In this document: positions 1 through 10,827 of the stretch, one piece after another
How positions within the stretch are numbered: position 1 is the first letter of the stretch
Layout of the letters: each line of letters opens with the position of its first letter
Virus record (IMG/VR): IMGVR_UViG_3300016478_000054
Coordinates: 1-62,328 of that record
Reading direction: 5' to 3' (one strand)
Source: a virus
Lineage: Duplodnaviria > Caudoviricetes
Length of the DNA: 62,328 nucleotides
The notes under the pieces: model-generated
What the model saw: only the letters and a program-made list of their open reading frames with translations
The model's database searches: none
What the model was told of the DNA's origin: nothing
Made by a program: the position numbers and the translations under genes

Positions 1-1
1 C

Positions 2-1399
2 TATAATGTAATCATTACTACTTCTGCCATTAATAGCAACATTGGTTTTGCAACACCAAGTGGAACATATGACGGTTCAATCGACAACGTTTCCGTCAAG
101 GAAGTCATATCAGACCGATCCTACAATGCTCAAGGCGCATCTATTATCGGAACTCTTACAAAAACAGCAGTCGCTAGTGCCTCCCAGCTTATTGCTTATT
201 CTGGCTTCTCTACCAATAACTATCTATGTGAATTGTACAGCACAGATTTAGATTTCGGAACTGGAGAATGGAGTATCGGAAGTTGGATGAATATTTCCAC
301 ATCAAATGCTTCTGCTGGAACAATTTTAAGCAGAGCATATTCTACTGGTCCTTCTATTACATTAAGTATTGATGCTACTAGTAAAATTGCTGCAACCGTT
401 TCTGATGGAACAACTACAAGAACCGTAACCACTGATGCGACATATAATACTGGAACATGGATAAAGGCAGAAGTAACTTATAAATCAGGAAAATTAGCAA
501 TTCTGGTTAATGGTGTTGAGGTGAAGTCAACAGTTGGTTCTCCATTATTAACTCTTAATAATTCTAATGCTGTTTTGACTATTGGTAATTCATACGATCT
601 AACAGCACCATTCCCAGGTTCTTTAGCACTTGTTAAGCTATCAGCTACTGTCCCAACAGCAGAACATGCTTTATGGATGTATAACCAAGAAAAGCAAATG
701 TTCCAACCAAATGCTCAGATAACACTGCCGGATGTAAATGCTATTCAAGACCTATCATATGATGATTTAACTGATACATGGGTTGCTGCATCAACAGTCA
801 ATACTTCTTATTGGAATGGATTAGTTAGAACAAATTCTGTAGCAGTTCCTGCTGGAACATATTCTAAGCTAGTATCTGGTTCTGGTATGCATTTATCTGC
901 TAGGATATCTACTAATCCCGGAGTTGATGTTACGATTCCTGACTATAAAATTAGAACAAAAATTAAAAAGAAATCAGAGAAAAGTAAAAAGAATTCTACT
1001 GTTGTATTTGACTATACTCCAGTTCAATTTACTAATGCTACATTGACAAATGGTTCTAATACGCTGGTCTGTTCTACAGTAAGCGGAACTCCATACATAG
1101 GAATGACCATTAGCGGCACAGGAATCACTTCAGGGACTACGATTCTAGGAATCAATGGAACATCATATTACTTGTCTACAACCTATTCTGGTACTACCGG
1201 GTCAACATACACTGTAGGTCAAACGTCTTTTGATTTACCCGTAGGTTATACGGCTAACTTAGTTTATTCCAATGGTGTAATTAAAAGAGAAGGATCAACA
1301 AAAGATTGGACTAGGACTTTTGATGGATTCAAAGAAACTGTTATTTTTGGCACATCTCCCGGAAACGTTTCAGTACAGATTCATTGTCAGACTACATAA
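2..1399 (+). CDS. Virion fibre/tail-associated protein with LamG-like domain, 5'-truncated by window edge (paralog 1)
   Basis: Frame is open from base 2 (YNVIITTS...DNVSVKE...YSGFSTNNYL..DLDFGTGEW). C-terminal half is collinear with 1432..4299 and 8365..9969 (LTIGNSY..PFPGSLALVKLSATVPT..WTRTFDGFKETV). Confidence 0.7.
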   Translation, partial: YNVIITTSAINSNIGFATPSGTYDGSIDNVSVKEVISDRSYNAQGASIIGTLTKTAVASASQLIAYSGFSTNNYLCELYSTDLDFGTGEWSIGSWMNISTSNASAGTILSRAYSTGPSITLSIDATSKIAATVSDGTTTRTVTTDATYNTGTWIKAEVTYKSGKLAILVNGVEVKSTVGSPLLTLNNSNAVLTIGNSYDLTAPFPGSLALVKLSATVPTAEHALWMYNQEKQMFQPNAQITLPDVNAIQDLSYDDLTDTWVAASTVNTSYWNGLVRTNSVAVPAGTYSKLVSGSGMHLSARISTNPGVDVTIPDYKIRTKIKKKSEKSKKNSTVVFDYTPVQFTNATLTNGSNTLVCSTVSGTPYIGMTISGTGITSGTTILGINGTSYYLSTTYSGTTGSTYTVGQTSFDLPVGYTANLVYSNGVIKREGSTKDWTRTFDGFKETVIFGTSPGNVSVQIHCQTT

Positions 1400-1402
1400 A
1401 TA
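1395..1402 (+). promoter_or_regulatory. T4-type late promoter (CATAAATA)
   Basis: nATAAATA box 30 nt upstream of the 1432 ATG; gp55/gp33 are encoded in the window. Confidence 0.55.
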
Positions 1403-1431
1403 ACCAGTTAATACGATAAAACCATAATAAT

Positions 1432-4299
1432 ATGCCAAATAAGAAAATATCAGAACTAGATTCATTTGATCAATTAATTGGTAATGAAAAGTTTCCAATT
1501 GTTCAGTCTGGTACAAATAAAACCAGTGATGTTTCTACTCTAGGAACAAAATTAAATTCGGATGTTAGTTCTGCTATTACTCCATATGCAACTAGAGTTT
1601 CATCTAATTTAGCTTCTGCAAAAACTTCAAATCTAACATCAGATTTAACTACTATTCAGGATTTAACCGGAATTAAATCCAATCTACATGTCAGTCCTAA
1701 TGCAGTGACTGCTATGTTTGTTTATGATACAAGTAAGGATTCAGATGGTGGTGCTTGGACAGAGAAATGCTCTAGCACAAGTTGGTATAACGAAACTTTA
1801 AGCGGTAACTGGTTAGGTGCTGTTACTGGCACTTCGTTGGCATTGTGTGAGACTGCCGCCAGAGCTATTTCAGGAGCAACAACTGGAGACTATTATCAGG
1901 CAAGTTTTGATGGCAAATTTTATTCTTTAAATTCTGGTTCTGGTTATACCGAGGTTTTTAGAGGAAATAAAAGATCATTTCCTAAGTTGGTTGGAATTAT
2001 TGCTGAAGCAACCAACATTACAATTTATGATTTGACTGAAGCTGGTAGACCGATGTGGATGAGGTTTAATGATGGCGGTACAACTGGTATAATAGGATGG
2101 GCTAGTAGCGTATTGAAATCACAACAATGTTTATCAATGCTAAATGGCATTTTATTTGTTGGTTCAAATGCTGGCGGAATCATTGTCAATATGATAAAGG
2201 ATGATACTGTATTGGTTTTTGATACTGTATATTACTTAACACGTAATAAATTTATTAGCGAACGCAACAATATTACTGGTTTTGTATCTGGTGGAAATGG
2301 TATTGCAATTTCTGGGTATGTGATTAATTCGGTAGGAATGACAGTTTTACCTGATGCCCCAATTGATTCTGTTACCGGATTGAAAGTACCAACAATTGCT
2401 ATTGCAACAAATAGTGGTATTTCTATATTAAAACATAATGGTTCTATTATTAATAGTTCTAGCACATCATCATTTAATAGCGTATCAATTACTCCAACTT
2501 TATTATCAGCAGGTAGAGCAGATAATATCTGGTATTATGCATATAACCCAGGAAATTTAGGTTCTAGTTTTACCTTAACTACTATTGCTAATACTACATC
2601 TCCTGATTGGGCTACAGGAAACAACTCGGCTATTATCAATGGCACTCGTTCTGATATGGCTAGGTTTACATATGCGGGAACAACAAATATCTTTACTAAG
2701 CTAAAGAATTTTGAAAGTACACCTAGCAAGAGTTTATCTGCAAAGATTAGTTCTTTTTACAATACCGGATACCTAGTTGGTGATATTCGTAGGGCTTATT
2801 TATCTAATATTATTTCAGAAAGTATAACTAACTCGGAATTAGTTTCTAATGGCAAGTTTGATATTAATCTGAGTGGGTGGGATAATAGTCTTGGGGCATG
2901 GTCATGGAATGCAGGAAAGGCAACATCAACAACAAATGGCTGGGCTGGCGATCTTGTGATATATGGCGGCATTGTTGGGAAAACATACGAAGCAACTTTC
3001 ACTATAACAGATGCTGTTGGTTCTGGTATTTATATTTCTTTAGCGGGGAATGACATTGGATATTACGGCAATGGAACATTCAGGATAGTTTCAACTTGTA
3101 CGTCAACAACAAAGTTTTTTAGAATTAGAAAATTTCCCTCTGATGGTGGATCAATTGATAATATTTCTATAAAAGAATCTGATATAGATTATAGCTATAA
3201 ATCAATTGGAGCATCATTATATGGAGCATTATCGAAATCTCCAGTAGCGAATAATGCTCAATTAGTCGGATATTCTGGATTTTCTAATTCTAATTATCTC
3301 AGAGAACCAGCTTCAACCGATTTAGATTTTGGCACTGGAGAATGGAGTTCATCTTGTTGGATTAATATTCCAACTACAATAACAGCATCAAATATATTCC
3401 ATCGCGGATATTCGTCCGGCGCTTTATTTGAATTGAAGGTAGATGCTACAGGAAAAATTATAGCAACTATTACAGACTCAGCAGCAACTCCTGTAACCAG
3501 AACAATTACATCAACTAACACATATAATACAGGAACATGGAATAAAGTTGATGTAACATATGCGACAAACGGAACATTATCTTTATATGTAAATGGACAA
3601 CAAGCAGCAACTCCCGTAACTGGTTCTGCTCTAGCATCCATTAGTAATACTAATGCTGTACTAACTATTGGAAATAACTATTCACTAAATGCTCCATTCC
3701 CCGGTTCTCTATCATTATTGAAACTATCAGCAACTGTTCCAACAACCGAACAATTACAATGGATGTATGAACAGGAAAAAATGATGTTCCAATCCGGAGC
3801 ACACGTTTGTCTACCATCATCTAATGCAGTCAATGATCTTTCATATGATTCAAAAACTGATACTTGGTATGTTGTTCAACCAAGTCATGTATCTGAATGG
3901 AAGGGTCTAGTTAGAACTGCATATCGTAAACCAGCAACATCAACATATTCAAAAATTGCATCAGATTCTGGTGTCAAGCTAATTGCTAGGGCATCTGGTA
4001 CAGTTGAATTAGAAATTGCTCCAATTCAACTAAAGAAAGAATTTAGTTCTTCAGTAATTGATTCTACAATAAATAATCAGAATATCTCTATTTTTGAATT
4101 TGATTCAATTGCATCTCAGACAGATTTCGTTCTTCCAGTTGGATATACTGCTCAATCTGTTTACTTGGCTGGAACTTTACAGATTGAAGGTGCTAGTAAA
4201 AACTATACCAGACTATTTGATGGATTTAGAGAAACAATCAGATTTGGAACAGCCCCTGCAACAAATTCATGGGTAAAAATTAAAGCAGTAAGAAGTTGA
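1432..4299 (+). CDS. Virion fibre/tail-associated protein, 955 aa (paralog 2)
   Basis: S/T/G/N-rich beta protein; N-terminal MPNKKISEL; CBM-like ELVSNGKF..DNISIKE module; LamG-like domain. Confidence 0.7.
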   Translation: MPNKKISELDSFDQLIGNEKFPIVQSGTNKTSDVSTLGTKLNSDVSSAITPYATRVSSNLASAKTSNLTSDLTTIQDLTGIKSNLHVSPNAVTAMFVYDTSKDSDGGAWTEKCSSTSWYNETLSGNWLGAVTGTSLALCETAARAISGATTGDYYQASFDGKFYSLNSGSGYTEVFRGNKRSFPKLVGIIAEATNITIYDLTEAGRPMWMRFNDGGTTGIIGWASSVLKSQQCLSMLNGILFVGSNAGGIIVNMIKDDTVLVFDTVYYLTRNKFISERNNITGFVSGGNGIAISGYVINSVGMTVLPDAPIDSVTGLKVPTIAIATNSGISILKHNGSIINSSSTSSFNSVSITPTLLSAGRADNIWYYAYNPGNLGSSFTLTTIANTTSPDWATGNNSAIINGTRSDMARFTYAGTTNIFTKLKNFESTPSKSLSAKISSFYNTGYLVGDIRRAYLSNIISESITNSELVSNGKFDINLSGWDNSLGAWSWNAGKATSTTNGWAGDLVIYGGIVGKTYEATFTITDAVGSGIYISLAGNDIGYYGNGTFRIVSTCTSTTKFFRIRKFPSDGGSIDNISIKESDIDYSYKSIGASLYGALSKSPVANNAQLVGYSGFSNSNYLREPASTDLDFGTGEWSSSCWINIPTTITASNIFHRGYSSGALFELKVDATGKIIATITDSAATPVTRTITSTNTYNTGTWNKVDVTYATNGTLSLYVNGQQAATPVTGSALASISNTNAVLTIGNNYSLNAPFPGSLSLLKLSATVPTTEQLQWMYEQEKMMFQSGAHVCLPSSNAVNDLSYDSKTDTWYVVQPSHVSEWKGLVRTAYRKPATSTYSKIASDSGVKLIARASGTVELEIAPIQLKKEFSSSVIDSTINNQNISIFEFDSIASQTDFVLPVGYTAQSVYLAGTLQIEGASKNYTRLFDGFRETIRFGTAPATNSWVKIKAVRS

Positions 4300-4302
4300 T
4301 AA

Positions 4303-7300
4303 ATGCCTAATAAAAAGATTTCACAATTACCAGTAATAACATCATTAACTGGAACAGAAACTATTCCTGCTCTAAAGGATTCTATTGTTAAAAAGACAAC
4401 GACTGGGGTTGTCACAAATAGAATGAAAGAATTAGCTAGATATTCTAACTATTCTGCTATTCAGGATATTAAAGAATCTGCTAAGGAAACTTTATTTGAA
4501 GGTTTAAGTGCTGGCTCTGTTCTTCAACAGGATATTACTGCTGTATCTAGTGCGCTTCATAGAAGTCCTAATGCTGTCACTGCAATGTTTGTTTATGACA
4601 CGAGTAAGGATTCGGATGGTGGTGCATGGACAGAGAAATGTCAGCATACTAGTTGGTATAATGAACCGTTGAGTGGCAAGTGGTTGGGTGCTCAGACAAC
4701 TGAGGCGAATGCTAGAGCATATAATGCGACGCTTGGTTCAGAATTGATTACCAATGGTGATTTTAGCAATGGAATAACAGGATGGTCATCTGAAGGAACT
4801 GCTGGAACTGTTGTAAATGGACAATATTTACATTCCGGAGTTTCTGGAAATAACTTATATCGTAATATAGCGGTAACACCAGGAAAATCATATTCGGTTT
4901 CTTGGAATATCACGCTTATCAGTGGTTCAGCGTGTCTTATATATGTTTATGATAGCAGTGGATTTACTAATGCTATTTTTAGTGCATCTGGTTCAAATAA
5001 TAGAATTATTATACCAACATCCAACACTATAAGGATATATTTATATAGCACAGGTGGCTCCGGATATTATGATAATATTTCAGTCAAAGAAGTATTATCA
5101 ACATCGACTCAAACAAATGATTATTTTCAGTTGACAACAGACGGAAAATTCTATGCACTATCTAAGAACTTACTGACAACCACAAATACCCTAGCAACCC
5201 AAACTCAGTGGCTAACTGCTGGAACCTATACCATGTCCAGCACAACTGCTTCAACAGGCTCCGTTGCTATCTCGGGTGCTGCTACAGCTACGCATACTGC
5301 TGGTGGTAATGCAACAACATTTACTGTAGCTACATCAGGTTCTGTCACTTTTACTGTGACAGGCTCAGTGACAAATGCTCAATTGGAGGTTGGTTCTGTT
5401 GCTACTGTCTACAAAGCAAATACATCAACAAACAGATATACCGAAGTCTTTAGAGGAAATAAAGCAGAGTTTCCTAAATTAGCTGGAATTGTAGCTGAAG
5501 CGGGCAACCTCACGATCTATGATCTGACTGAATCTGGTAGGCCAATGTGGATGCGATTTGTTCTTGGTGGAGGGGCATACAACCAGTTTTTTATTGGATC
5601 AAATATTACTTCGATTGGATGTATCAACGGAAGTATGTGGGTTGGTCTAAATGATGGAGCATATTATCGTGGTCACTTGATGGAAGCTAAATTTATAAGC
5701 GACAAGATGCTCAAGCGACATTCTGTATACAATCAGACTGCTATATCGTATTATGGATTGAGTTACAGAAATTCCAGTCTTGCTGGATTTGCATATGCGG
5801 GACCGTCAACTAATGCTATGATCATCAATCAAACTGGGGTGCCTGATGCCAGAACACTTGCTATCAGTCTGACAATCCTCCCAGATGCTCCAATTGAATC
5901 AACAACAGGGTTGCAGATTCCAACGGTTGCTGTTGGAACTTTTGCAGGTCTTGGGTTAATAAAGCATGATGGTACGGTTGTAAACTCTGCTTTAACTTCT
6001 GCCTTCAACAAAGTCACTATTACACCAAAGGCTCTAATAGCATCTAGTTCAGCTAGTAACACTTTCTATTATGCACTAAATCCAGGAAAGCTGTCCAGTG
6101 GTTTCACTCTATTAACCGATACATCTGCTTCTGCTCCGGACTTTAACCTTGATGTTGGTTCTTCAAACCTAATTCAATCTACTAGAAGCACATATATCAG
6201 ATCAGCCTCAAGTTCCGCTGCATTACAGATTCTAAAACACAATGAAAATACTCTAGCAAAGAGTATGACAGCTACAATTACTCCAACTTATAATACCGGA
6301 TATCAAATTGGAGATATCAGAAGAACATATTTGAGTGATACTATTTCTGGTGTAATTGGCACCGCATTTAATCCACAGTCAATGTTTACTACGGGAATTA
6401 ATGGTGTCTGGTATGACCCAAGTGACATTAATCGATATATGTCATCATTAGGACCGGAGTTAGTGACGAATGGTGATTTTAGTAATGGAACAACAGGTTG
6501 GACAAACAGCAGTACAGGTTCTGGTACATTTACAGTATCTAATGGTGCAGCAATAATTGTCGGTACAGATGGTAGCAATAGAGGGGCATTTTCGCAGAAC
6601 ATTAATGCTATCGCTGGAAAATGGTATAAAGTTTCTTTTACAGCCACAATTACCAGTGGAACTGGTAGTTTCTTTGGTAGTGGAACTGGTAGTAGTGGGT
6701 CTGCAATATTGAATGGAATTAACTCTTTTTATATTGCTGCTGTTGTGAGTGGTGCTTTCTTTGTCTACACCAACTCTGGTGGCGGTAATATCACTATAGA
6801 TAACATCTCCATTACAGAATTAACGAGTATCAGTACCGCTACTTTATTTCAGGACGCGGCAGCAACAACTCCGGTTACATCTGTTGAGCAACCAGTTGGT
6901 CTAATATTAGATAAAAGCAAAGGTCTGGTGCCGAGTAGTGAATTGGTAACAAATGGAGACTTTAGCAATGGAACAACAGGTTGGACAATTACTGCTCCAA
7001 CAATATGGTCAATAACGGGAGGTCAAGCTGTTTGTACTTCTGGTGGTAGTACACTAAAACAAACATCTATACTTTCAGTTGGAAAGTTGTATCAAATATC
7101 ATTTGATATATTGAATTATACTTCTGGTAGCTTATTATTGACTTCATTTTCTGGTAGTACCGCTATATCCGGTAATGGAACAAAGACATTTATAAGATAT
7201 GCAACATCCACTGATTTTTTGTTATACGCAAACACAAACACCAATTTATCAGTTGACAACATCTCAGTAAAAGAACTTCCCGGAAATCATGCCTTCAACT

Positions 7301-8352
7301 CGTCAGGTAACTCAGCTAATTTTCCAATTCTAAGTGCTAGGTATAACCTGCTGACAGGAACCGGCACAGTCATCAATCGGACGCTGACCATTACTTCCGA
7401 TTATTATTACACACTTGCAACGACTGCAATATCATCTGGAATACAGGTGACAGGTAGATGTGTTTTGTCTGGGTCAGGGACTATAACTTTATCCTTGTTG
7501 ACCGGCGCCGGAAACGACTTATCTCCGATAGTAGTAAATCTCACGAATACACCTACTGCTTATAGCATTACGGCTATAAACCCAACAAGCGGCCCAAACT
7601 GTGGGATTCTTATTCGAGGAGTTGGCACAACTGCTACAGTCACATTCACAGATGCAGACCTCCGTGTCTCTAATGACGCCCTAAACCAACCCGCATATCA
7701 AAGAGTTAATAGTGCAACTGACTACGACACAGTTGGATTCAAGCCCTATTTAAGTTTTAATGGAGTCAATCAATGGTTACAAACAAACTCTATTGATTTT
7801 AGTTATACTGATAAAATGTTTTTGTCGGCTGGGGTGAGGAAGTTGAGTGATGCTGCGACAAGCATTCTTGCTGAATTAAGTTCTAATCTAAATTCAAATA
7901 ACGGCACATTTTATATAACGGCTCCGTTTGCTACTAGCACTAATGATTTTAGATTTGCATCAAAAGGCACAGCCTCGTCTGCTTGCACTGCTCCTGGGTA
8001 TCCAGCACCAGTTACTTCGGTGATAGGGGCCTACGGGGACATTTCTAATGCTCTGTCAGTTATACGTATAAACGGAGTTCAAACAGGTGCCAACGCACTC
8101 AGCCAGGGCACTGGCAATTATGGCAACTATCCGCTTTATATCGGCGCTCGTGGTGGCACTTCGTTATTCTTCAACGGAAGATTATATGGTCTAATTGTTG
8201 TTGGAAAACAAGTTAACGAGGCAGAATTAATAAATTCTGAATTGTGGGTAAGTAATTCCACCGCATTACAAATATACAATTTACCAAATAGATCATATAA
8301 AAGTGGTTCTGCTATGGTTGTTGGCTCATTGACAAAAAATACTGCAATTTAA
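4303..8352 (+). CDS. Virion fibre protein paralog 3, N-terminal part (1349 aa) with several inserted CBM-like modules
   Basis: Collinear with the first ~600 aa of 1432..4299 (VTAMFVYDTSKDSDGGAWTEKC, YTEVFRGNK, GRPMWMRF); three ELxTNGDFSNG..DNIS modules. Confidence 0.7.
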   Translation: MPNKKISQLPVITSLTGTETIPALKDSIVKKTTTGVVTNRMKELARYSNYSAIQDIKESAKETLFEGLSAGSVLQQDITAVSSALHRSPNAVTAMFVYDTSKDSDGGAWTEKCQHTSWYNEPLSGKWLGAQTTEANARAYNATLGSELITNGDFSNGITGWSSEGTAGTVVNGQYLHSGVSGNNLYRNIAVTPGKSYSVSWNITLISGSACLIYVYDSSGFTNAIFSASGSNNRIIIPTSNTIRIYLYSTGGSGYYDNISVKEVLSTSTQTNDYFQLTTDGKFYALSKNLLTTTNTLATQTQWLTAGTYTMSSTTASTGSVAISGAATATHTAGGNATTFTVATSGSVTFTVTGSVTNAQLEVGSVATVYKANTSTNRYTEVFRGNKAEFPKLAGIVAEAGNLTIYDLTESGRPMWMRFVLGGGAYNQFFIGSNITSIGCINGSMWVGLNDGAYYRGHLMEAKFISDKMLKRHSVYNQTAISYYGLSYRNSSLAGFAYAGPSTNAMIINQTGVPDARTLAISLTILPDAPIESTTGLQIPTVAVGTFAGLGLIKHDGTVVNSALTSAFNKVTITPKALIASSSASNTFYYALNPGKLSSGFTLLTDTSASAPDFNLDVGSSNLIQSTRSTYIRSASSSAALQILKHNENTLAKSMTATITPTYNTGYQIGDIRRTYLSDTISGVIGTAFNPQSMFTTGINGVWYDPSDINRYMSSLGPELVTNGDFSNGTTGWTNSSTGSGTFTVSNGAAIIVGTDGSNRGAFSQNINAIAGKWYKVSFTATITSGTGSFFGSGTGSSGSAILNGINSFYIAAVVSGAFFVYTNSGGGNITIDNISITELTSISTATLFQDAAATTPVTSVEQPVGLILDKSKGLVPSSELVTNGDFSNGTTGWTITAPTIWSITGGQAVCTSGGSTLKQTSILSVGKLYQISFDILNYTSGSLLLTSFSGSTAISGNGTKTFIRYATSTDFLLYANTNTNLSVDNISVKELPGNHAFNSSGNSANFPILSARYNLLTGTGTVINRTLTITSDYYYTLATTAISSGIQVTGRCVLSGSGTITLSLLTGAGNDLSPIVVNLTNTPTAYSITAINPTSGPNCGILIRGVGTTATVTFTDADLRVSNDALNQPAYQRVNSATDYDTVGFKPYLSFNGVNQWLQTNSIDFSYTDKMFLSAGVRKLSDAATSILAELSSNLNSNNGTFYITAPFATSTNDFRFASKGTASSACTAPGYPAPVTSVIGAYGDISNALSVIRINGVQTGANALSQGTGNYGNYPLYIGARGGTSLFFNGRLYGLIVVGKQVNEAELINSELWVSNSTALQIYNLPNRSYKSGSAMVVGSLTKNTAI

Positions 8353-8364
8353 TAAGGGAATCAA

Positions 8365-9969
8365 ATGAGTTCACAAATAGTAGCATACTCTGGATTTAGC
8401 AATTCTAACTATATCAGAGAAGCATATTCATCTGATTTAGATTTTGGTACAGGAGAATGGTCAGCATCGGCATGGATTAAAACAAGCGGTAGAAGAAACT
8501 TGCTGACATACACAGAGCAGTTCGATAATACAGCTTGGGCGAAGCTTGGGGCAACAGTTACATCAAATACAGTTCTATCTCCGGACGGCACTCTAACGGC
8601 TGATTCTTTAATAGAAAATACAGCAAATGGCTTTCATCAAGTAGCACAATTAGTCTCGACGCCTGCGGGATATGTAACAGTTAGCGGATATTTTATTGCT
8701 GCTGGCAGGCAATACGTAAGAATATTACCCATAAATACCTCTGCGGCATATTCTGATTCGACAATTCGTAGTGCAACTTTTGATTTACAAAATGGTGTTG
8801 TAACAAACATCAACGGCACAGGAGTTCTTACTAGCATTAATTCTATCGGCGGTGGATGGTACAAGATTGCAGTTACGGTATTTTCTAATAACCCATCATC
8901 TGCCGGTTGTGCATTTAGACTCTCAAATATCTCCGGTGCTGTTGATACTTATACTGGAGATGGCACGAGTGGCATCTACATTTGGGGCGCCCAACTAGAA
9001 ATCAGTAGCGATGTAACAACATATCAAAAAATTGTTGATGGTACTGAATTATACTTCTCAATTTTTGAAAGATCATTTAGTTCCGGACCTTCATATTCAA
9101 TTGGAATAGAAGGAACAGGCAAGTTAAAAGCTATAGTTTATGATGGTACAACAACCAGAACTGCTTTATCAACTAATCTTTTATCAACTGGGATTTGGTA
9201 TAAAGTAAGAGTTAATTATACAACAGATGGAACAGTGACAATTTATGCTAATGGGCAACAATATGCTACTGCTACAGGAACAGCACTATTAACGCTAAAT
9301 AATGCTAATGCAGTTCTAACCATCGGAAATAACTATTCATTAAATTCTCCATTCCCAGGATCATTGGCGCTAATAAAGATTTCAGGAACTGTTCCAACTT
9401 CTGAACAAATGCAATTTGCATACGAACAAGAAAAGCAGATGTTTAGAGATAATTCACAAGTAACTTTACCAGATTCAAATGTAGTATTGGGAATTGCGTT
9501 TGATGATGACACAAATAGAATTATTGCAGCATCACAATCAACTATATCGTATTGGTCTGGATTAGTTAGAGTTGCAACAGATAGTTACTCAGTAGGAACA
9601 ACAATTTCCGGTGTTTCTGCTGGATCGGGAACAAGACTTGTTTCTACTGCTGGAAATACTATTGGAGTAGATGTCACAATTCCAACATCGAATATTAAAA
9701 CTATGCTTGAAAGAGATAGAGCATCAGAAACTATTCAACAAATTACTGTATTCGACTACGATCCCGTTGATAACAACCAAACAGTATTTGTATTGCCTAC
9801 TGGATATACTACACAAGCTGTCTATAAAGCTGGCGTTGAACAGAGAGAATCATTTGCGACAACAAAAGATTGGAGCAGATCATTTGATGGTTTTAAAGAA
9901 TCAATAACTTTTACAACTGCCCCAGGAATAGCAAACTGGATTCAAATTCATGCAACAAAGGATATCTAA
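8365..9969 (+). CDS. Virion fibre protein paralog 3, C-terminal part (534 aa)
   Basis: Starts at QIVAYSGFSNSNY, matching the middle of paralogs 1 and 2; same frame as 4303..8352; AAGGGA RBS upstream. Confidence 0.7.
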   Translation: MSSQIVAYSGFSNSNYIREAYSSDLDFGTGEWSASAWIKTSGRRNLLTYTEQFDNTAWAKLGATVTSNTVLSPDGTLTADSLIENTANGFHQVAQLVSTPAGYVTVSGYFIAAGRQYVRILPINTSAAYSDSTIRSATFDLQNGVVTNINGTGVLTSINSIGGGWYKIAVTVFSNNPSSAGCAFRLSNISGAVDTYTGDGTSGIYIWGAQLEISSDVTTYQKIVDGTELYFSIFERSFSSGPSYSIGIEGTGKLKAIVYDGTTTRTALSTNLLSTGIWYKVRVNYTTDGTVTIYANGQQYATATGTALLTLNNANAVLTIGNNYSLNSPFPGSLALIKISGTVPTSEQMQFAYEQEKQMFRDNSQVTLPDSNVVLGIAFDDDTNRIIAASQSTISYWSGLVRVATDSYSVGTTISGVSAGSGTRLVSTAGNTIGVDVTIPTSNIKTMLERDRASETIQQITVFDYDPVDNNQTVFVLPTGYTTQAVYKAGVEQRESFATTKDWSRSFDGFKESITFTTAPGIANWIQIHATKDI

Positions 9970-9970
9970 A

Positions 9971-10510
9971 ATGAGTTTTATTGATTTAATGGGAAATACA
10001 GTCTGGTCAGAGCAAGATATTATTAATAGAACAGAATCAATGATTAGATCAGAATTTTCTGTCCAAGCAGAAACAATTCTAAATCGCAAAATGATTGGTG
10101 AAATGACTGGAACATATAAAATGTCTGACAAAGAAAAACAAGAATTAGAATTTTGTAGATCAGTAATATTAAATGCTCAGATTGCTGGAGAAGAAGCTAG
10201 ACACGATAATGAACTATTGAAATCTGTATTAGAAATTGAAGAAGCATGTGTTATTCTAAATAAGCCATATGTCGATCCTATTCTAGATGAAAATGGTAAT
10301 GTGACAAATCAAGATGAAATTGATTTAGATAATCTAGAAAAACAAAAATGTCTAGAGTTGATTAATTCTATGACAGATGAACAAAAGACATTATTCAATA
10401 GTCGCAATCCGCCTGAAGAAGTAGAAATATCTTTAGAACCTACTACAATCATCCCAGAAGCATCCATTACAGAGAGTCAAGATGTCATCATTAACCGCAC
10501 TAACGTATGA
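9971..10510 (+). CDS. Hypothetical protein, possibly fibre assembly factor
   Basis: Acidic helical ORF directly after the fibre genes; ATG at 9971 chosen as start. Confidence 0.5.
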   Translation: MSFIDLMGNTVWSEQDIINRTESMIRSEFSVQAETILNRKMIGEMTGTYKMSDKEKQELEFCRSVILNAQIAGEEARHDNELLKSVLEIEEACVILNKPYVDPILDENGNVTNQDEIDLDNLEKQKCLELINSMTDEQKTLFNSRNPPEEVEISLEPTTIIPEASITESQDVIINRTNV

Positions 10511-10826
10511 TCTATATATCGAGCAGAATGCAACTTTTAAGGCTGCTGCTCAATTAGTGGATGCAAATAAACAACCACTAAATCTAAGCACATATATCCC
10601 CAAAGGGCAAATTAGAAAGAATTACAAGTCTGATCCAATCATGACATTCAGCACATTAATTGCTGATCCTTCGTCTGGAAAAATCTATATTACTCTGACT
10701 GATGAACAGACTAAACAATTACCATCTGGTCATCTCGTATATGATGTGACATTAGAAGATAGTAACGGCAATAAATATAGAGTAATAGAAGGAACTGTAG
10801 AAGTTTCTCCATACGTAACTATCTAA
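10482..10826 (+). CDS. Small virion structural/adaptor protein (BppU N-terminal-like Ig fold)
   Basis: DLYIEQNATF..KGQIRK..YDV..RVIEG.V.VSP pattern typical of this family. Confidence 0.5.
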   Translation: MSSLTALTYDLYIEQNATFKAAAQLVDANKQPLNLSTYIPKGQIRKNYKSDPIMTFSTLIADPSSGKIYITLTDEQTKQLPSGHLVYDVTLEDSNGNKYRVIEGTVEVSPYVTI

Positions 10827-10827
10827 A

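Noticed and set aside
8350-8355. Stop-codon reassignment or readthrough joining 4303 and 8365
   Set aside because: Two consecutive TAA codons; TAA ends many genes here, and a dedicated RBS and ATG follow
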